DNA of 64,000 nucleotides from an uncultured Verrucomicrobiae bacterium (GTDB taxonomy: Bacteria > Verrucomicrobiota > Verrucomicrobiia > Limisphaerales > CAIMTB01): NCBI GenBank assembly GCA_963841495.1, contig CAWJDJ010000017.1:248896-312895 (forward strand). Direction: 5' to 3'. Below are positions 19,211-29,328 of the stretch, piece by piece. Position numbers and translations under genes: made by a program. The notes beneath the pieces were generated by a model, which ran no database searches, had not been told where the DNA came from, and worked only from the letters and a program-made list of their open reading frames with translations. The first letter of the stretch is position 1, and each line of letters opens with the position of its first letter.

Positions 19211-21064
19211 TCATGGGTCCTCGCTGATCGTCAGGACCCTGTCCACGGGCAAGCCCCCCAGGCTGTTCGTGCCCCCGCCGATCCAGCGAATCGTCAAACG
19301 GTCGATCCGCGTCCTTGGACCGAGCCCGAAATGGGGAAGCATGCCGTAGTGACTCTGATAGCCGCGCCCGCTGTGGACCTCGTCCACCAGGTGCAGATCC
19401 CCGGCCACGAGCTCGATTCGCGCCCCGATGCCGTCGCGATTGCTCCGGGTCCCTCGGAGGCGAATCCCCACCCAGTGATTTCGAGTTTCGCTGTCATTTC
19501 GTAGCAGCGTCGGATGGTCGCGCGCGTTGAGGATCACACCGTCCATGTCGCCGTCGCCGTCCAGGTCGTCGAACGCGGCGCCTCGGCTGCTACAGGTGGC
19601 GGACAAGCCGTCCCCGACCCGATCGGAGATGTCCGCGAACTTTCCGCTGCCGGTATTCTCCAGAAGCAGGTTGCGAGTCTTGTAACTGGTCGTGTCATCC
19701 CAGAGGTCCACCGTGTCCTGAAGGTGCCCGCAGGCGATGAACAGGTCGCGATCACCGTCATTGTCGAAATCGACCAACCCTGCTCCCCAGGTCACACGGT
19801 GGAACGTTCCCGCCCCGGCGCCCGTCGCGTAGGTCGCATCCTCGAAGAATCCCCCGCCCAGGTTGCGATAGAGGATCGCCCATTGTTTCTGGTAGGAAGT
19901 CACGTAGAAATCCAGCCGACCGTCGTTGTCCGCGTCGGCGCATTCGACTCCCATGCTCCCCTGCCCGACTCCGTTGAGATCGTAGGCCAGACCGGAAAGG
20001 AGTCCGACTTCTTCGAAATGCCCGGATCCGTCGTTCTTCCAGACAAAATTGGCCATGGCATCGTTGCCGACCACCACGTCCGTGTCCCCGTCCCCGTCGT
20101 AGTCCGCTGCCACGACTCCCATCCCGGTACCGGCGCGCGCCGCAATACCCGATTCGACACTCACGTCGGCGAACGTGCCATCGCCGTTGTTGCGAAACAA
20201 TGAATCGGCGACCGGTCCGTATATCATCGGGCCGACATACGCGGGATACCCGTTGATGAACCGGGACTGGTTCTTCGCGACCGTGAAATCCACGTAGTTC
20301 GCCACATACAAATCGAGGTCGCCGTCGCCGTCCATGTCGAGGAAACAGGCGCCCGCGCCCACCTTGTTTCCGTTGCCGACGCCGGCGGCCGCCGTGGCGT
20401 CCGTGAAGCTACCGTCGCCATTGTTTCGATAGAGAACATTCGGGCCGAAGTTATTCAGATAAATATCCTCGTCCCCGTCGTTGTCATAGTCGCCCACGCA
20501 CACCCCCAGGCCGTAGCCGGTGTCCCCCACGCCGGCGGCCTGCGTCACATCCGTGAATTTCCAGTCCCCGTCATTCCGATAAAGGGCATTTCGCGGCGGT
20601 GGATCGCGATGCGGCGCGCCCGGCAGCGGCGCGCCGTTCAGGAAGTAAATGTCGATGTCTCCGTCCCCGTCATAATCCAACGTGGCCAGTCCGCAGGAGA
20701 CCGTCTCCACGATATACCGGCGCCCGGCGCTGCCGTCCGTGTGGACAAAGGAAATGCCGGTCTGACGGGTCACGTCCGTCAACCGGATCGGAACCGGTGT
20801 GTCGGCGGCGCCCAGCGTCGGACCACAGATCGGACACAACCCCAGGGCCAGGCCAAGCCGATACCGAAGAAGGGACCTCCAGACCGTGGTGTTCCACTCG
20901 TGTTTTGCCGCCCAAGGCCAGTTCCCGACTCTGGGACTGCGCGACAGCCCACCTAACGCGGCGCCGGCGGAGCGCTCAATCCGCGCCCACAACATCGAAC
21001 CAAACCCACGTGTCCCGTCCGTCTGACGCAGCGCCTCGTTGAGCATCGGCGTGCCATCGCTCAT
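19211..21064 (-). CDS. CRTAC1 family protein (FG-GAP/VCBS repeats + ASPIC/UnbV)
   Basis: Repeated DYDGDGDIDIY/DYDNDGD motifs; C-terminal SNRDGIGARI...GRGYQSH...HFGLG. Start placed at an ATGA overlap with the upstream gene; exact start uncertain. Confidence 0.9.
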   Translation of the reverse strand: MSDGTPMLNEALRQTDGTRGFGSMLWARIERSAGAALGGLSRSPRVGNWPWAAKHEWNTTVWRSLLRYRLGLALGLCPICGPTLGAADTPVPIRLTDVTRQTGISFVHTDGSAGRRYIVETVSCGLATLDYDGDGDIDIYFLNGAPLPGAPHRDPPPRNALYRNDGDWKFTDVTQAAGVGDTGYGLGVCVGDYDNDGDEDIYLNNFGPNVLYRNNGDGSFTDATAAAGVGNGNKVGAGACFLDMDGDGDLDLYVANYVDFTVAKNQSRFINGYPAYVGPMIYGPVADSLFRNNGDGTFADVSVESGIAARAGTGMGVVAADYDGDGDTDVVVGNDAMANFVWKNDGSGHFEEVGLLSGLAYDLNGVGQGSMGVECADADNDGRLDFYVTSYQKQWAILYRNLGGGFFEDATYATGAGAGTFHRVTWGAGLVDFDNDGDRDLFIACGHLQDTVDLWDDTTSYKTRNLLLENTGSGKFADISDRVGDGLSATCSSRGAAFDDLDGDGDMDGVILNARDHPTLLRNDSETRNHWVGIRLRGTRSNRDGIGARIELVAGDLHLVDEVHSGRGYQSHYGMLPHFGLGPRTRIDRLTIRWIGGGTNSLGGLPVDRVLTISEDP

Positions 21065-22761
21065 GGCGTCTTTCCCGCCTCCGTTGGAACCGCAAGGCCC
21101 TTGCCCTCCACCACCGTCACCACACGATCGACACCGGGGCTTCGCGCGACGTCCGTTCCGCCGCCAATCCAACGAACCCGGATCTCGTCAACGCTTCGAT
21201 GCTGGCCGAGACCGAAATGAAGTCGCCGACCGAAATCGCTCTGGTAACTGCGCCCGCTGTGGACCTCGTCGATCTGGGTCAGACTTCCGGCGGTCACCGT
21301 AACCCGGGCGCCGATCCCATCGGGATTGGATCGCGTACCCCGGAGCACCACCTGGATCCAGTGATTCGTCCCGCTCGAGACGTTTTTCAGGATGGTGGGT
21401 TCACTTCGTGAGTTGAGGACCACCACGTCGAGGTCGCCGTCGTTGTCCAGGTCGTCGAACGCCGCCCCGCGGCTGCTGAACCCGGGCAGCAGACCGTCGC
21501 CGCAATCTTTCGAGACATTGACAAAGCGCCCCAGGCCGGTGTTGCGGAGCACGATGTTCGGTGCCTTGTAGCTTGTCGTGTCGTCAAACGCCTCGACGTT
21601 GTCGATCAGGTGACCGCACGCCAGGAACAGGTCGCGGTTGCCGTCGTTGTCGAGGTCCACCATGCCGACGCCCCAGGTGACTTGCGCGTAGGTATCCGTT
21701 CCCGCCCCTGTCAACCCGGTGACGTCTTCAAAGTATCTTCCCGCGTGGTTCCGGTAGAGAGTGGACCATTGGCGCTGATAGGTGGTCATGTAGAGATCGA
21801 GCCAGCCATCGTGATCCCAATCGGCGCACTCGATCCCCATGGTCCCCTGGGCATTCCCCAGCCCGTCGTACGCCACACCCGTCGCGACGCCGACCTCCAC
21901 AAAGCGGCCGATGCCGTCGTTCTGGAAGAGAAAATTCGCTCCGAGATCGTTGCCCACGATGATGTCCGTGTCGCCGTCGTTGTCGTAGTCCGCGGCGATC
22001 ACGCCCATCCCGGATCCCTCGTAATTGGCGATTCCCGCGGCGACACTCACGTCGCTAAAGGTGCCGTTGCCGTTGTTCCGGTAAAGGACATTGCGGGTCC
22101 TCGGATAGTGAAGCGGACCGGCATAGGCGGGAAACCCGTTCATATGGGAAATCTGCTGGGTCTCGAAAGTGAACCCGACGTACTTCGCCACAAACAGGTC
22201 GAGGTCGCCATCGCCATCCATGTCGAGGAAACACGCGCCCGCGCCAACGTCGCCGCCCCCCACCACGCCGGCCTCGCGGGTTACGTCGGTGAACGTCCCG
22301 TTGCCGTTGTTCCGGTAAAGCACGTTCGGACCGAAGTTGTTCACGTAAAGGTCCGTGTCCCCGTCATGGTCGTAATCCGCCGTGCACACGCCCATGCCGT
22401 ATCCGGTGTCACCCACGCCGGATTCATCCGTGACGTCCGTAAACCTCCAGTTGCCCTCATTCCGGTACAGCGCGTTGCGGGGAACCGGGACGGCACGGGC
22501 CCCGGGCAGCGGCGATCCGTTCAGGAAATAGATATCGATATCTCCGTCTCCGTCATAGTCGAAGGTCGCCAACCCGCAGCTCACGGTCTCCACGATATAG
22601 CGCCGACCGGAACTGCCGTCGGTGTGAACGAATGAAATGCCCGTATCGCGTGTCACGTCCCGAAGCTGAATCGAACCTCCTGGTGGCGTTTCCGCCGCCA
22701 ACCCGGGAAGGCCCAGCGACCGCGTGATGGCGGCGACGCAACAAAACGTCTCACGAGTCAT
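21061..22761 (-). CDS. CRTAC1 family protein (FG-GAP repeats + ASPIC/UnbV), paralog of the downstream gene
   Basis: Same motifs: DYDGDGDIDIYF, SSRGAAFDDLDNDGDLD, SNPDGIGARV, HFGLG. Confidence 0.92.
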   Translation of the reverse strand: MTRETFCCVAAITRSLGLPGLAAETPPGGSIQLRDVTRDTGISFVHTDGSSGRRYIVETVSCGLATFDYDGDGDIDIYFLNGSPLPGARAVPVPRNALYRNEGNWRFTDVTDESGVGDTGYGMGVCTADYDHDGDTDLYVNNFGPNVLYRNNGNGTFTDVTREAGVVGGGDVGAGACFLDMDGDGDLDLFVAKYVGFTFETQQISHMNGFPAYAGPLHYPRTRNVLYRNNGNGTFSDVSVAAGIANYEGSGMGVIAADYDNDGDTDIIVGNDLGANFLFQNDGIGRFVEVGVATGVAYDGLGNAQGTMGIECADWDHDGWLDLYMTTYQRQWSTLYRNHAGRYFEDVTGLTGAGTDTYAQVTWGVGMVDLDNDGNRDLFLACGHLIDNVEAFDDTTSYKAPNIVLRNTGLGRFVNVSKDCGDGLLPGFSSRGAAFDDLDNDGDLDVVVLNSRSEPTILKNVSSGTNHWIQVVLRGTRSNPDGIGARVTVTAGSLTQIDEVHSGRSYQSDFGRRLHFGLGQHRSVDEIRVRWIGGGTDVARSPGVDRVVTVVEGKGLAVPTEAGKTP

Positions 22762-24443
22762 CGCTGCAGCTTTTCAAGACCTTCCCGGTACTTCGGCTCG
22801 TCGGGACTCAGACGGACCGCGTTCTCCATGGCGTGCCGGGCACCCGTGCGATCGTCGTTGGCCACGCACGCCGCCGACAGCAGGTAGTAATGCGCCGCGG
22901 TCGGCTCCATGGCGTTCGCCTTCCGTGCCAGCGCCAGCGCCTCCGCCGGGTTGCGGTGCGTCCGAAGATAGAACTCCGACAGCGCGCCGTAGCCTTCCGC
23001 CCAGCCGGGGGCCAGTTCCTGGACCTTCCGGTAGGCGCGTTCCGCCGCCTCCAGGTGCTGGAGGCGCGCCTGGAGGCGAGCCAGGTGCAGGTAATTCAGT
23101 TTGTTCGCGGGCTGTTCCGCCGCCAGTTGCTCGAAGGCACTTACTCCCTCCGCCAATGCCTGGCGACGCACGAAGTGCGCCTCCAGGGCCGCCCGCGGCA
23201 CGGGATTGTCGGGATCCAGGGCCGCCGACTTCCTCAGGAACTCAGCCGAGGAACCGTCGTCATGGTGCCGGGCATAAATCTGGGCTGCACCGAGGAAGAT
23301 CCGCGCCGCGGTCCTGCGCACCAGGGGCAGGCCCGTCAGGGTGTCTTCACTCCCACTGCGATCGCTGAGTCTCTTCCGGTCGTCCGCCTCGAGCTTCAGG
23401 AATCTCTCCCGGTAGGGCGCCGCCTGGTCCGGATGCCCTTCTCGCATGAAAGCCGTGTACAACCCGAAGTACGCCTGCGTGTGATCAGGCTCCAAAGCAA
23501 CCGAGCGTTGAAACTGCCGGATCGCCTCCGCCGTCTGTCCCGCTTGCAGGTGCGCCTGACCCAGCAGGTAGAAGCTTTCACTTACCGGACGGGGAAGACC
23601 CGCGGCTCGCTCGAGGATCTGGATCGCGTCCTCGGCCCGGCCCTGATCCAGGCGAACGCGCCCCAGCCGGTTGAGGGTCTCCGCGTTCGCCGGATCACCC
23701 CGCAGAGCCTCCTGGCAGAGCCGCGCGGTTTCCTCGAGATCACCGCGATCGTAGGCCACTCGCGCCAGGATATCGTACGCCTCCGCCTCATCCGGGTTCA
23801 GTTCCAGGCACCTCCTCAGAAAGCCGGTCGCCTCGTCGGCGTGCCCGGTGTTGAAATACGCCGCCCCAAGCAGCGCATAGACCAACGCGTCCTTGGGGTA
23901 CAACTCCGCTAGGTGATGGGCCTCTCCAATCGCCGCCTTCTTCAGTGCCGCCGCCTCCGCCTCCGGCCGGGGAACCCCGCCCTTGTCTGTGGAATGAAGG
24001 ACCGCCGGACTCGAGTCTGCCGCCGGTCGAGAGACCTCTGAGACTGCGGCAGGGGATGGACCCGATGGAGCCTGGAAAGCCCCGTGTTCAAAATTGAACT
24101 GCTCACGGCCGGGACCGGGCTTCTCTCCCGGATGCCGCGACACGCTGTCGTCGCGCTTCAGACCGACACCCTCTCCGGCACGCGATTTGTCGGACATGCC
24201 CGGCATCCGATGGGAGAGGGACGGGGTGAAGGCCGGTTCATGGGAATTTGGACTCGTCCAGCCGGATGCCACCCCGGCAAGAAGCAACCCCACCACCGCC
24301 GCGCATCCAGGCAACACAGGGATTCCCCCGGCGACCTTGCTGCCCGAAGACAGGTGCTTTGCGGAGAACGGATTCTGCCTGCGCTGGTAGTCACTCACCA
24401 CCGGGTTTGAACAGACCATAGAAAGGCGGATGTCCTGCCGCAA
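22758..24443 (-). CDS. Tetratricopeptide repeat protein
   Basis: Multiple TPR-like units (LELNPDEAEAYDILA, SFYLLGQAHLQAG, ALEPDHTQAYFGL). Its stop overlaps the CRTAC1 start. Start uncertain. Confidence 0.8.
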   Translation of the reverse strand: MRQDIRLSMVCSNPVVSDYQRRQNPFSAKHLSSGSKVAGGIPVLPGCAAVVGLLLAGVASGWTSPNSHEPAFTPSLSHRMPGMSDKSRAGEGVGLKRDDSVSRHPGEKPGPGREQFNFEHGAFQAPSGPSPAAVSEVSRPAADSSPAVLHSTDKGGVPRPEAEAAALKKAAIGEAHHLAELYPKDALVYALLGAAYFNTGHADEATGFLRRCLELNPDEAEAYDILARVAYDRGDLEETARLCQEALRGDPANAETLNRLGRVRLDQGRAEDAIQILERAAGLPRPVSESFYLLGQAHLQAGQTAEAIRQFQRSVALEPDHTQAYFGLYTAFMREGHPDQAAPYRERFLKLEADDRKRLSDRSGSEDTLTGLPLVRRTAARIFLGAAQIYARHHDDGSSAEFLRKSAALDPDNPVPRAALEAHFVRRQALAEGVSAFEQLAAEQPANKLNYLHLARLQARLQHLEAAERAYRKVQELAPGWAEGYGALSEFYLRTHRNPAEALALARKANAMEPTAAHYYLLSAACVANDDRTGARHAMENAVRLSPDEPKYREGLEKLQR

Positions 24444-24676
24444 GGCGCGACTCTTCGAGGTGGCTGGGTCGCTCGCATCCCCTCATCCAGGAGAAGCTTC
24501 TTGACGCATGCCAACGCCATCGGGACGATGCCCGAACTTCGGAACAGCCAGAGGAGTGTGGTGATCAGCCCCACGGTTTCGCGTCAAGGGACCGCCGGTG
24601 GCTTTTCTTGGGCGACCGCACTCCGGCCTTCGAGACCCGTCAATAAAGGACACACCAAAAACAGAATAACAGATTT

Positions 24677-27136
24677 ATGGGAATGCTATGCAAACCAACC
24701 GGCAGAATCTGGCTCGTGAGTTTGATCGCTGTTCTCTGCTGCCAAGGGCTGACCCTGCGGGCCCAAAACTCCGTCACCAACGGACTCGTGGCCTACTGGA
24801 GCTTCGACGACAATCTCCTCGATTCCGTCAATGCCTTCCACGGCACGGCGCGCGGCACTCAACCGATCCCGTTCGTTGACGGCAAGACCGGCTTCGGCAA
24901 GGCCATCAAGCTCGATGGAACGGACCAGTTCGTCGAGATCACCGGTGGCAACGAAGACGATCTCGAATTCCCGGGCGGAAGCATGTCCATCGCCGGGTGG
25001 TTCAAGGTGGATGCGTTCGACACCGACTGGCAGGCCCTCATCTCCAAGGGCGAAAACTCGAATTACCGGGTGGCTCGAAGCAGCTCGACCGACAGTATTT
25101 CCTATGCCGGAGGCGCGACAGATACCCCGGCAGGCACCCCGGTCAACGACGGCGCCTGGCACCAGTTTGTCGCCGTCACCGACGCCACCGCCACCGACTT
25201 CGGCACCGCGCTCTATATTGATGGAGTCCTCGATTCGACTGTCCCCGACATCCCAGTCCTGGCTTCCAACAGTCAGCACCTCATGATCGGCGAGAACCCG
25301 GATGCCCGCGGGCGCGAATGGGAGGGCGAAATCGACGACATCGGGATCTGGAACCGCGTGCTGACGGCCGACGAGGTCGCCACTCTCTTTGCCTCCGGTA
25401 CGGGCCTGCCGCTGAGCAGCATCCTCCCGACCCGCATGATCGGCATCTTCGTCTCCAGCCTGAGTCAGCGCCTCAACTCGTTCGCCTTTACGGTCAACGA
25501 CGCCGAGGGTTCGGTCGTCGACCCCGCGACGGCCACCCTCACCCTGGACGGCCAGCCCGCACCGGTGACTTTCACCGCCACGACCAACGGAACCACCACC
25601 TTCACCCATACCCAGTCGACGCCATGGGCGACGGGTTCCCAACACACCTACTCGATCCAGGTGAAGGATACCTCCGGCCTCACCCTCTCACAGGATGGAG
25701 AGTTCACGCTTCCCAACCCATGGTTCCCACCTGAAGACCTTCCCAGTCCGGCCGTGGTGGACAAGGCCTGGGCCCTTCGTTGGGTGTTCGGTGCCGGCAC
25801 CCTCAACGATATCCCAACCGTCCTCGCCACGCTCCAATCAGTCACCAACTCGGATTTTGCCGGCGCCTACGTCGACACAACCAACGAGGTCATCAATTTC
25901 CCCGAGACCGGAGGGTTCTTCGGCAATGGCTCCCCGTACCCCGACGATGTCATCAATGATCCATCCGGCCTGTGGATCGGCGACGACTTCATCCTGTTCG
26001 GTGTCGGCCACATCCAAATCCCCGAGGAAGGCGACTACACGTTCGGTGTCCATTCGGATGACGGTTTCGGCTTCCGCATCCGCGGCGGCGAGGCGATTTC
26101 AGTCAGTGGAAACGGTATGCTCGACCCCGTCGACCCGGAGGCGGTCATCCACCCCAACACCACCGGCGACAGCAACACCCGCGCCGTTTATCACCTCAAA
26201 CAAGGCGTCTACCGCGTCGAGTTTTTCTGGTGGGAACGCGGCGGCGGCGACAATGGCGAATTCTACGCCGCCAAAGGCGCCTTCGCGAATGACGCCGACA
26301 CCGACCAGTGGAAGCTCGTCGGCGACAACGCACCCAGCCAGACCTTCTCCAAGCCGGGCGTCGATGATAGCGGGTGGTCCGTCGTTTCTTCGGACCCGGG
26401 TGGCGACCCCCTCACCGTCATCGCGGAAGGCATGGCGGATCTCGACGCGACGGCCGGCGCGCCCAAGACCTACGATGCGCTCAACGTCGGAGACCCCGAC
26501 ACCAATGCCGGCGTCGCCGCCTTCCCCAAGGATACTCCCGGCGTGGACGATGATTCCTTCGCCCTTCGCGCCACCGCAATGCTCGTGGCCCCGGTGGCAG
26601 GTGATTATGAAATTGGTTTCAACAGCGATGATGGCGGCTGGATGACCATGACCGGCCAGACCTTCACCGAGATCCTCCAGAACGCCACCGGTCTGGCTGT
26701 TATTGACCCCGCGGACACCGTGACCACCGACGCCCTGACCGGAACAAGCCTGACGACAGTCAAAGTGACGCTCAGCGCCGGGAGTCATCCGATCGAAATC
26801 GGATTCTTCGACAGCACCGGCGGAGGCTATGTCCGGGGTATCGCGGCCCAGTTCGGTTCGCCGTTTCTGCCGACCATCACGAAGGGCGGCTCCGGAATGT
26901 TCAATACGCCCGAGGCCCTTCACCTCACGGACGCCCCAACCAGCGTCTCCGAATCCCTCGAGGCCGCGATCACCCGGTCCGGAACCGGCGTTACCATCCA
27001 GTGGACCCCCACAGGCGGCACGCTGGAAACCAGCCCGACCCTCGGACCCACTGCCAACTGGACCACGGTCGGCACCGACAACCCGGCCAACATTACTACC
27101 ACCACCGGCAACGCCTACTACCGCGTGCGCCAATAG
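24677..27136 (+). CDS. Secreted LamG (ConA-like) + PA14-like domain protein with C-terminal YYRV module
   Basis: Signal peptide; GLVAYWSFD...WHQFVAV...GEIDDIGIWNRVLT (LamG); GDYTFGVHSDDGF and GFNSDDGG (PA14-like); ends GNAYYRVRQ. Confidence 0.85.
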   Translation: MGMLCKPTGRIWLVSLIAVLCCQGLTLRAQNSVTNGLVAYWSFDDNLLDSVNAFHGTARGTQPIPFVDGKTGFGKAIKLDGTDQFVEITGGNEDDLEFPGGSMSIAGWFKVDAFDTDWQALISKGENSNYRVARSSSTDSISYAGGATDTPAGTPVNDGAWHQFVAVTDATATDFGTALYIDGVLDSTVPDIPVLASNSQHLMIGENPDARGREWEGEIDDIGIWNRVLTADEVATLFASGTGLPLSSILPTRMIGIFVSSLSQRLNSFAFTVNDAEGSVVDPATATLTLDGQPAPVTFTATTNGTTTFTHTQSTPWATGSQHTYSIQVKDTSGLTLSQDGEFTLPNPWFPPEDLPSPAVVDKAWALRWVFGAGTLNDIPTVLATLQSVTNSDFAGAYVDTTNEVINFPETGGFFGNGSPYPDDVINDPSGLWIGDDFILFGVGHIQIPEEGDYTFGVHSDDGFGFRIRGGEAISVSGNGMLDPVDPEAVIHPNTTGDSNTRAVYHLKQGVYRVEFFWWERGGGDNGEFYAAKGAFANDADTDQWKLVGDNAPSQTFSKPGVDDSGWSVVSSDPGGDPLTVIAEGMADLDATAGAPKTYDALNVGDPDTNAGVAAFPKDTPGVDDDSFALRATAMLVAPVAGDYEIGFNSDDGGWMTMTGQTFTEILQNATGLAVIDPADTVTTDALTGTSLTTVKVTLSAGSHPIEIGFFDSTGGGYVRGIAAQFGSPFLPTITKGGSGMFNTPEALHLTDAPTSVSESLEAAITRSGTGVTIQWTPTGGTLETSPTLGPTANWTTVGTDNPANITTTTGNAYYRVRQ

Positions 27137-27173
27137 CATAGCGGCCGAACCTCTCGTCCCGCGGCGGCGGGTC

Positions 27174-27210
27174 ACCCTCTCCCATTCAATCGCGGTGAAT
27201 GGGAGAGGGT
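27174..27210. repeat. Perfect 15-bp stem hairpin (CCCTCTCCC/GGGAGAGGG REP-type or terminator)
   Basis: ACCCTCTCCCATTCA-atcgcgg-TGAATGGGAGAGGGT just downstream of the stop at 27136. Confidence 0.75.
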
Positions 27211-27262
27211 GGGCCGGGTGGTTTCATCCTCCAGCCTGTCCGACTGGGCCTTCGAACCGCCT

Positions 27263-27392
27263 GTGAATACCCCGGCCCATTTCGAAATTCGACGGTTTCG
27301 ATCTGATGACGAACAAGACGTCGTGTCGCTCTGGAAACGGTGCGACCTCGTGCGTCCCTCGAACGATCCCTGCAAGGACATCCGGCGCAAGT
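27263..27392 (+). pseudogene. N-terminal fragment of a YpeA-like GNAT acetyltransferase
   Basis: FEIRRFRSDDEQDVVSLWKRCDLVRPSNDPCKDIRRK resembles the YpeA N-terminus; similarity then stops. Confidence 0.6.
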
Positions 27393-27621
27393 GTCAGCAG
27401 GAGCGCCTCAGGCAGACCAGTTCACCCATTCGCGCCGAAATGGCGGCGCTCTTCACCGCCCCCGAGGTGACGCGGCTCATCGAGAGCCTCGGACGCCTCG
27501 CGACGGCCATGCGACCTCCGGCGCGAACGACCGCCGCGGCCCGTGCCCGGCAGGTCCAGCGGCCGATCCGCTCCCACCCGCAAACCCGGAACCGATCCCA
27601 ACCCTGAACACGACATCGATC

Positions 27622-28788
27622 ATGCATTCCCCTCGACAAGTTGCACACTCCGCGCCCTTCGTTCTCGCCCTGCTTCTCCTCGCCGCTCCGTCCCTCCACG
27701 CGCAGGGCCGAGGTCCACGCGGTCCGCAAGTCGTGTCTCCCGAAGTCTCCGCCGACCGGAGCATCACCTTCCGCATCCTCGCCCCGAAGGCAGAAGCGGT
27801 GCGGCTCGGCAGCAGCGGAGACATCGCCGGAATCGGCTTCGGGCAGGCAAAGGCGATGGACAAAGACACCAACGGCGTGTGGACCGTCACCGTCGGACCG
27901 CTCCCGCCTGGAGCCTACAGGTACAGTTTCGACGTCGATGGCGTCACCGTTGTGGATCCGCGCAACCCAAGGACAAGCGAGTCCAATGAGAACACCTGGA
28001 GCCTGGTGCAGGTGCCCGGCGCCGATTGGCTGGACACCCGGGATGTCCCGCATGGCGCCATCTCCGCGGTCACTTACTGGTCGTCCACTCTCAAACGGTT
28101 CCGGAGACTGCACGTTTACACACCGCCGGGATATGAAACGAGCGCGGACAAGTACCCCATTTTTTACCTCCTGCATGGGGCATTTGACTCAGACGACTCC
28201 TGGAGCAGCGTGGGTCGCGCTGGTTTTATCTTCGACAATCTGATCGCTGATGGAAAGGCACGCCCCATGGTCGTCGTGATGCCCCACGGGCACACCGGAC
28301 CGTTCCGCTTCGGCATGTCCTTGGGGGGAGAGTTCGAGCCGGAGTTCGTGACCGACATCATGCCCCAGATGGAGAGGCGCTACCGTGTGTTCGGCGATCG
28401 AAAGCACCGCGCCATCGCCGGGCTCTCCATGGGAGGCGCCCAGACCTTGAACATCGGAATTCCTCACCTCGACGAGTTCGCGTACCTGGGCGTTTTCAGT
28501 TCGGGCATCTTCGGAATTGCCGGCGGGCCCGGGGGAAACCGGCCCGAAGGTCCCACCTTCGAGGATGGGAATCACGCGGTCCTCGATGATCCCAAGATCA
28601 AGGAAGGTTTCGAACTGTTCTGGTTCGCGACCGGCAAGGATGACTTCCTGCTTCCCACCACGCGCGCCACGGTCGAGATGTTCAAGAAGCACGGTTTCGA
28701 TGTGGTATTCAAGGAAAGCGCCGGGGGGCACACCTGGGATAACTGGCGCGATTACCTTCACGAATTCGCCCCAAAGTTGTTCCAATGA
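27622..28788 (+). CDS. Secreted carbohydrate esterase (E-set N-terminal domain + alpha/beta hydrolase, CE1-like)
   Basis: Signal peptide, VSPEV..DRSITFR, VYTPPGY, YLLHG, AIAGLSMGG, GGHTWDNWRDYL. Confidence 0.9.
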   Translation: MHSPRQVAHSAPFVLALLLLAAPSLHAQGRGPRGPQVVSPEVSADRSITFRILAPKAEAVRLGSSGDIAGIGFGQAKAMDKDTNGVWTVTVGPLPPGAYRYSFDVDGVTVVDPRNPRTSESNENTWSLVQVPGADWLDTRDVPHGAISAVTYWSSTLKRFRRLHVYTPPGYETSADKYPIFYLLHGAFDSDDSWSSVGRAGFIFDNLIADGKARPMVVVMPHGHTGPFRFGMSLGGEFEPEFVTDIMPQMERRYRVFGDRKHRAIAGLSMGGAQTLNIGIPHLDEFAYLGVFSSGIFGIAGGPGGNRPEGPTFEDGNHAVLDDPKIKEGFELFWFATGKDDFLLPTTRATVEMFKKHGFDVVFKESAGGHTWDNWRDYLHEFAPKLFQ

Positions 28789-28843
28789 GGTGGCGGGACA
28801 ACCTGGTCGACGGCACCCCCAACGGCCAGCCTTGACCCCTTAG

Positions 28844-29086
28844 CTAACCCGGATGTTTCCTGTCTCTTCCACTGCGACCTGCTGCAGGCCCGGTGGGAGA
28901 AGAGGTTAGCTTCAACATGCGTAACGCCGCTGCCGACAGGGCGTCGGAACTCGCGGTTGCGCAACTCGCGGTTGTGCGGAGCGCGGCCTTCAGGCCGCTT
29001 CAATACCCCGACGGCACGCGCGTCGAAGTTCTTGTCGGCCGACATCCCGTCCCGTCCCGTTGAAGCGGCCTAAAGGCCGCGCTCCG
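28844..29086. repeat. Dispersed repeat with a complete REP doublet (REPIN-like)
   Basis: CGGAGCGCGGCCTTCAGGCCGCTTCAA (28977-29003) and its inverted copy (29060-29086), 26/27 identical, each internally palindromic. Second copy at 10661-10872. Confidence 0.88.
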
Positions 29087-29328
29087 ACCCGTCGGCATCG
29101 CGCCTGCCAAGGATTTCAAGGGCTCGCGGACGGTCGCCTTTCGCAAGACCTTTATGAAATAGGCAGGTTAGAGCCCGTGGCCGGCCCCCCCGAGTGGTTT
29201 TTTCCTAAATCCTCTCGTCTGGAATCCGATAGCTGGGGTGGACCCGGCCAGCGGGCGCTGCATCGGCACCCCGGACCCGGTGAGGCCCGTCCGCATGGGC
29301 CCAGGGACCCGCTGTTCAGGGTTAACCA

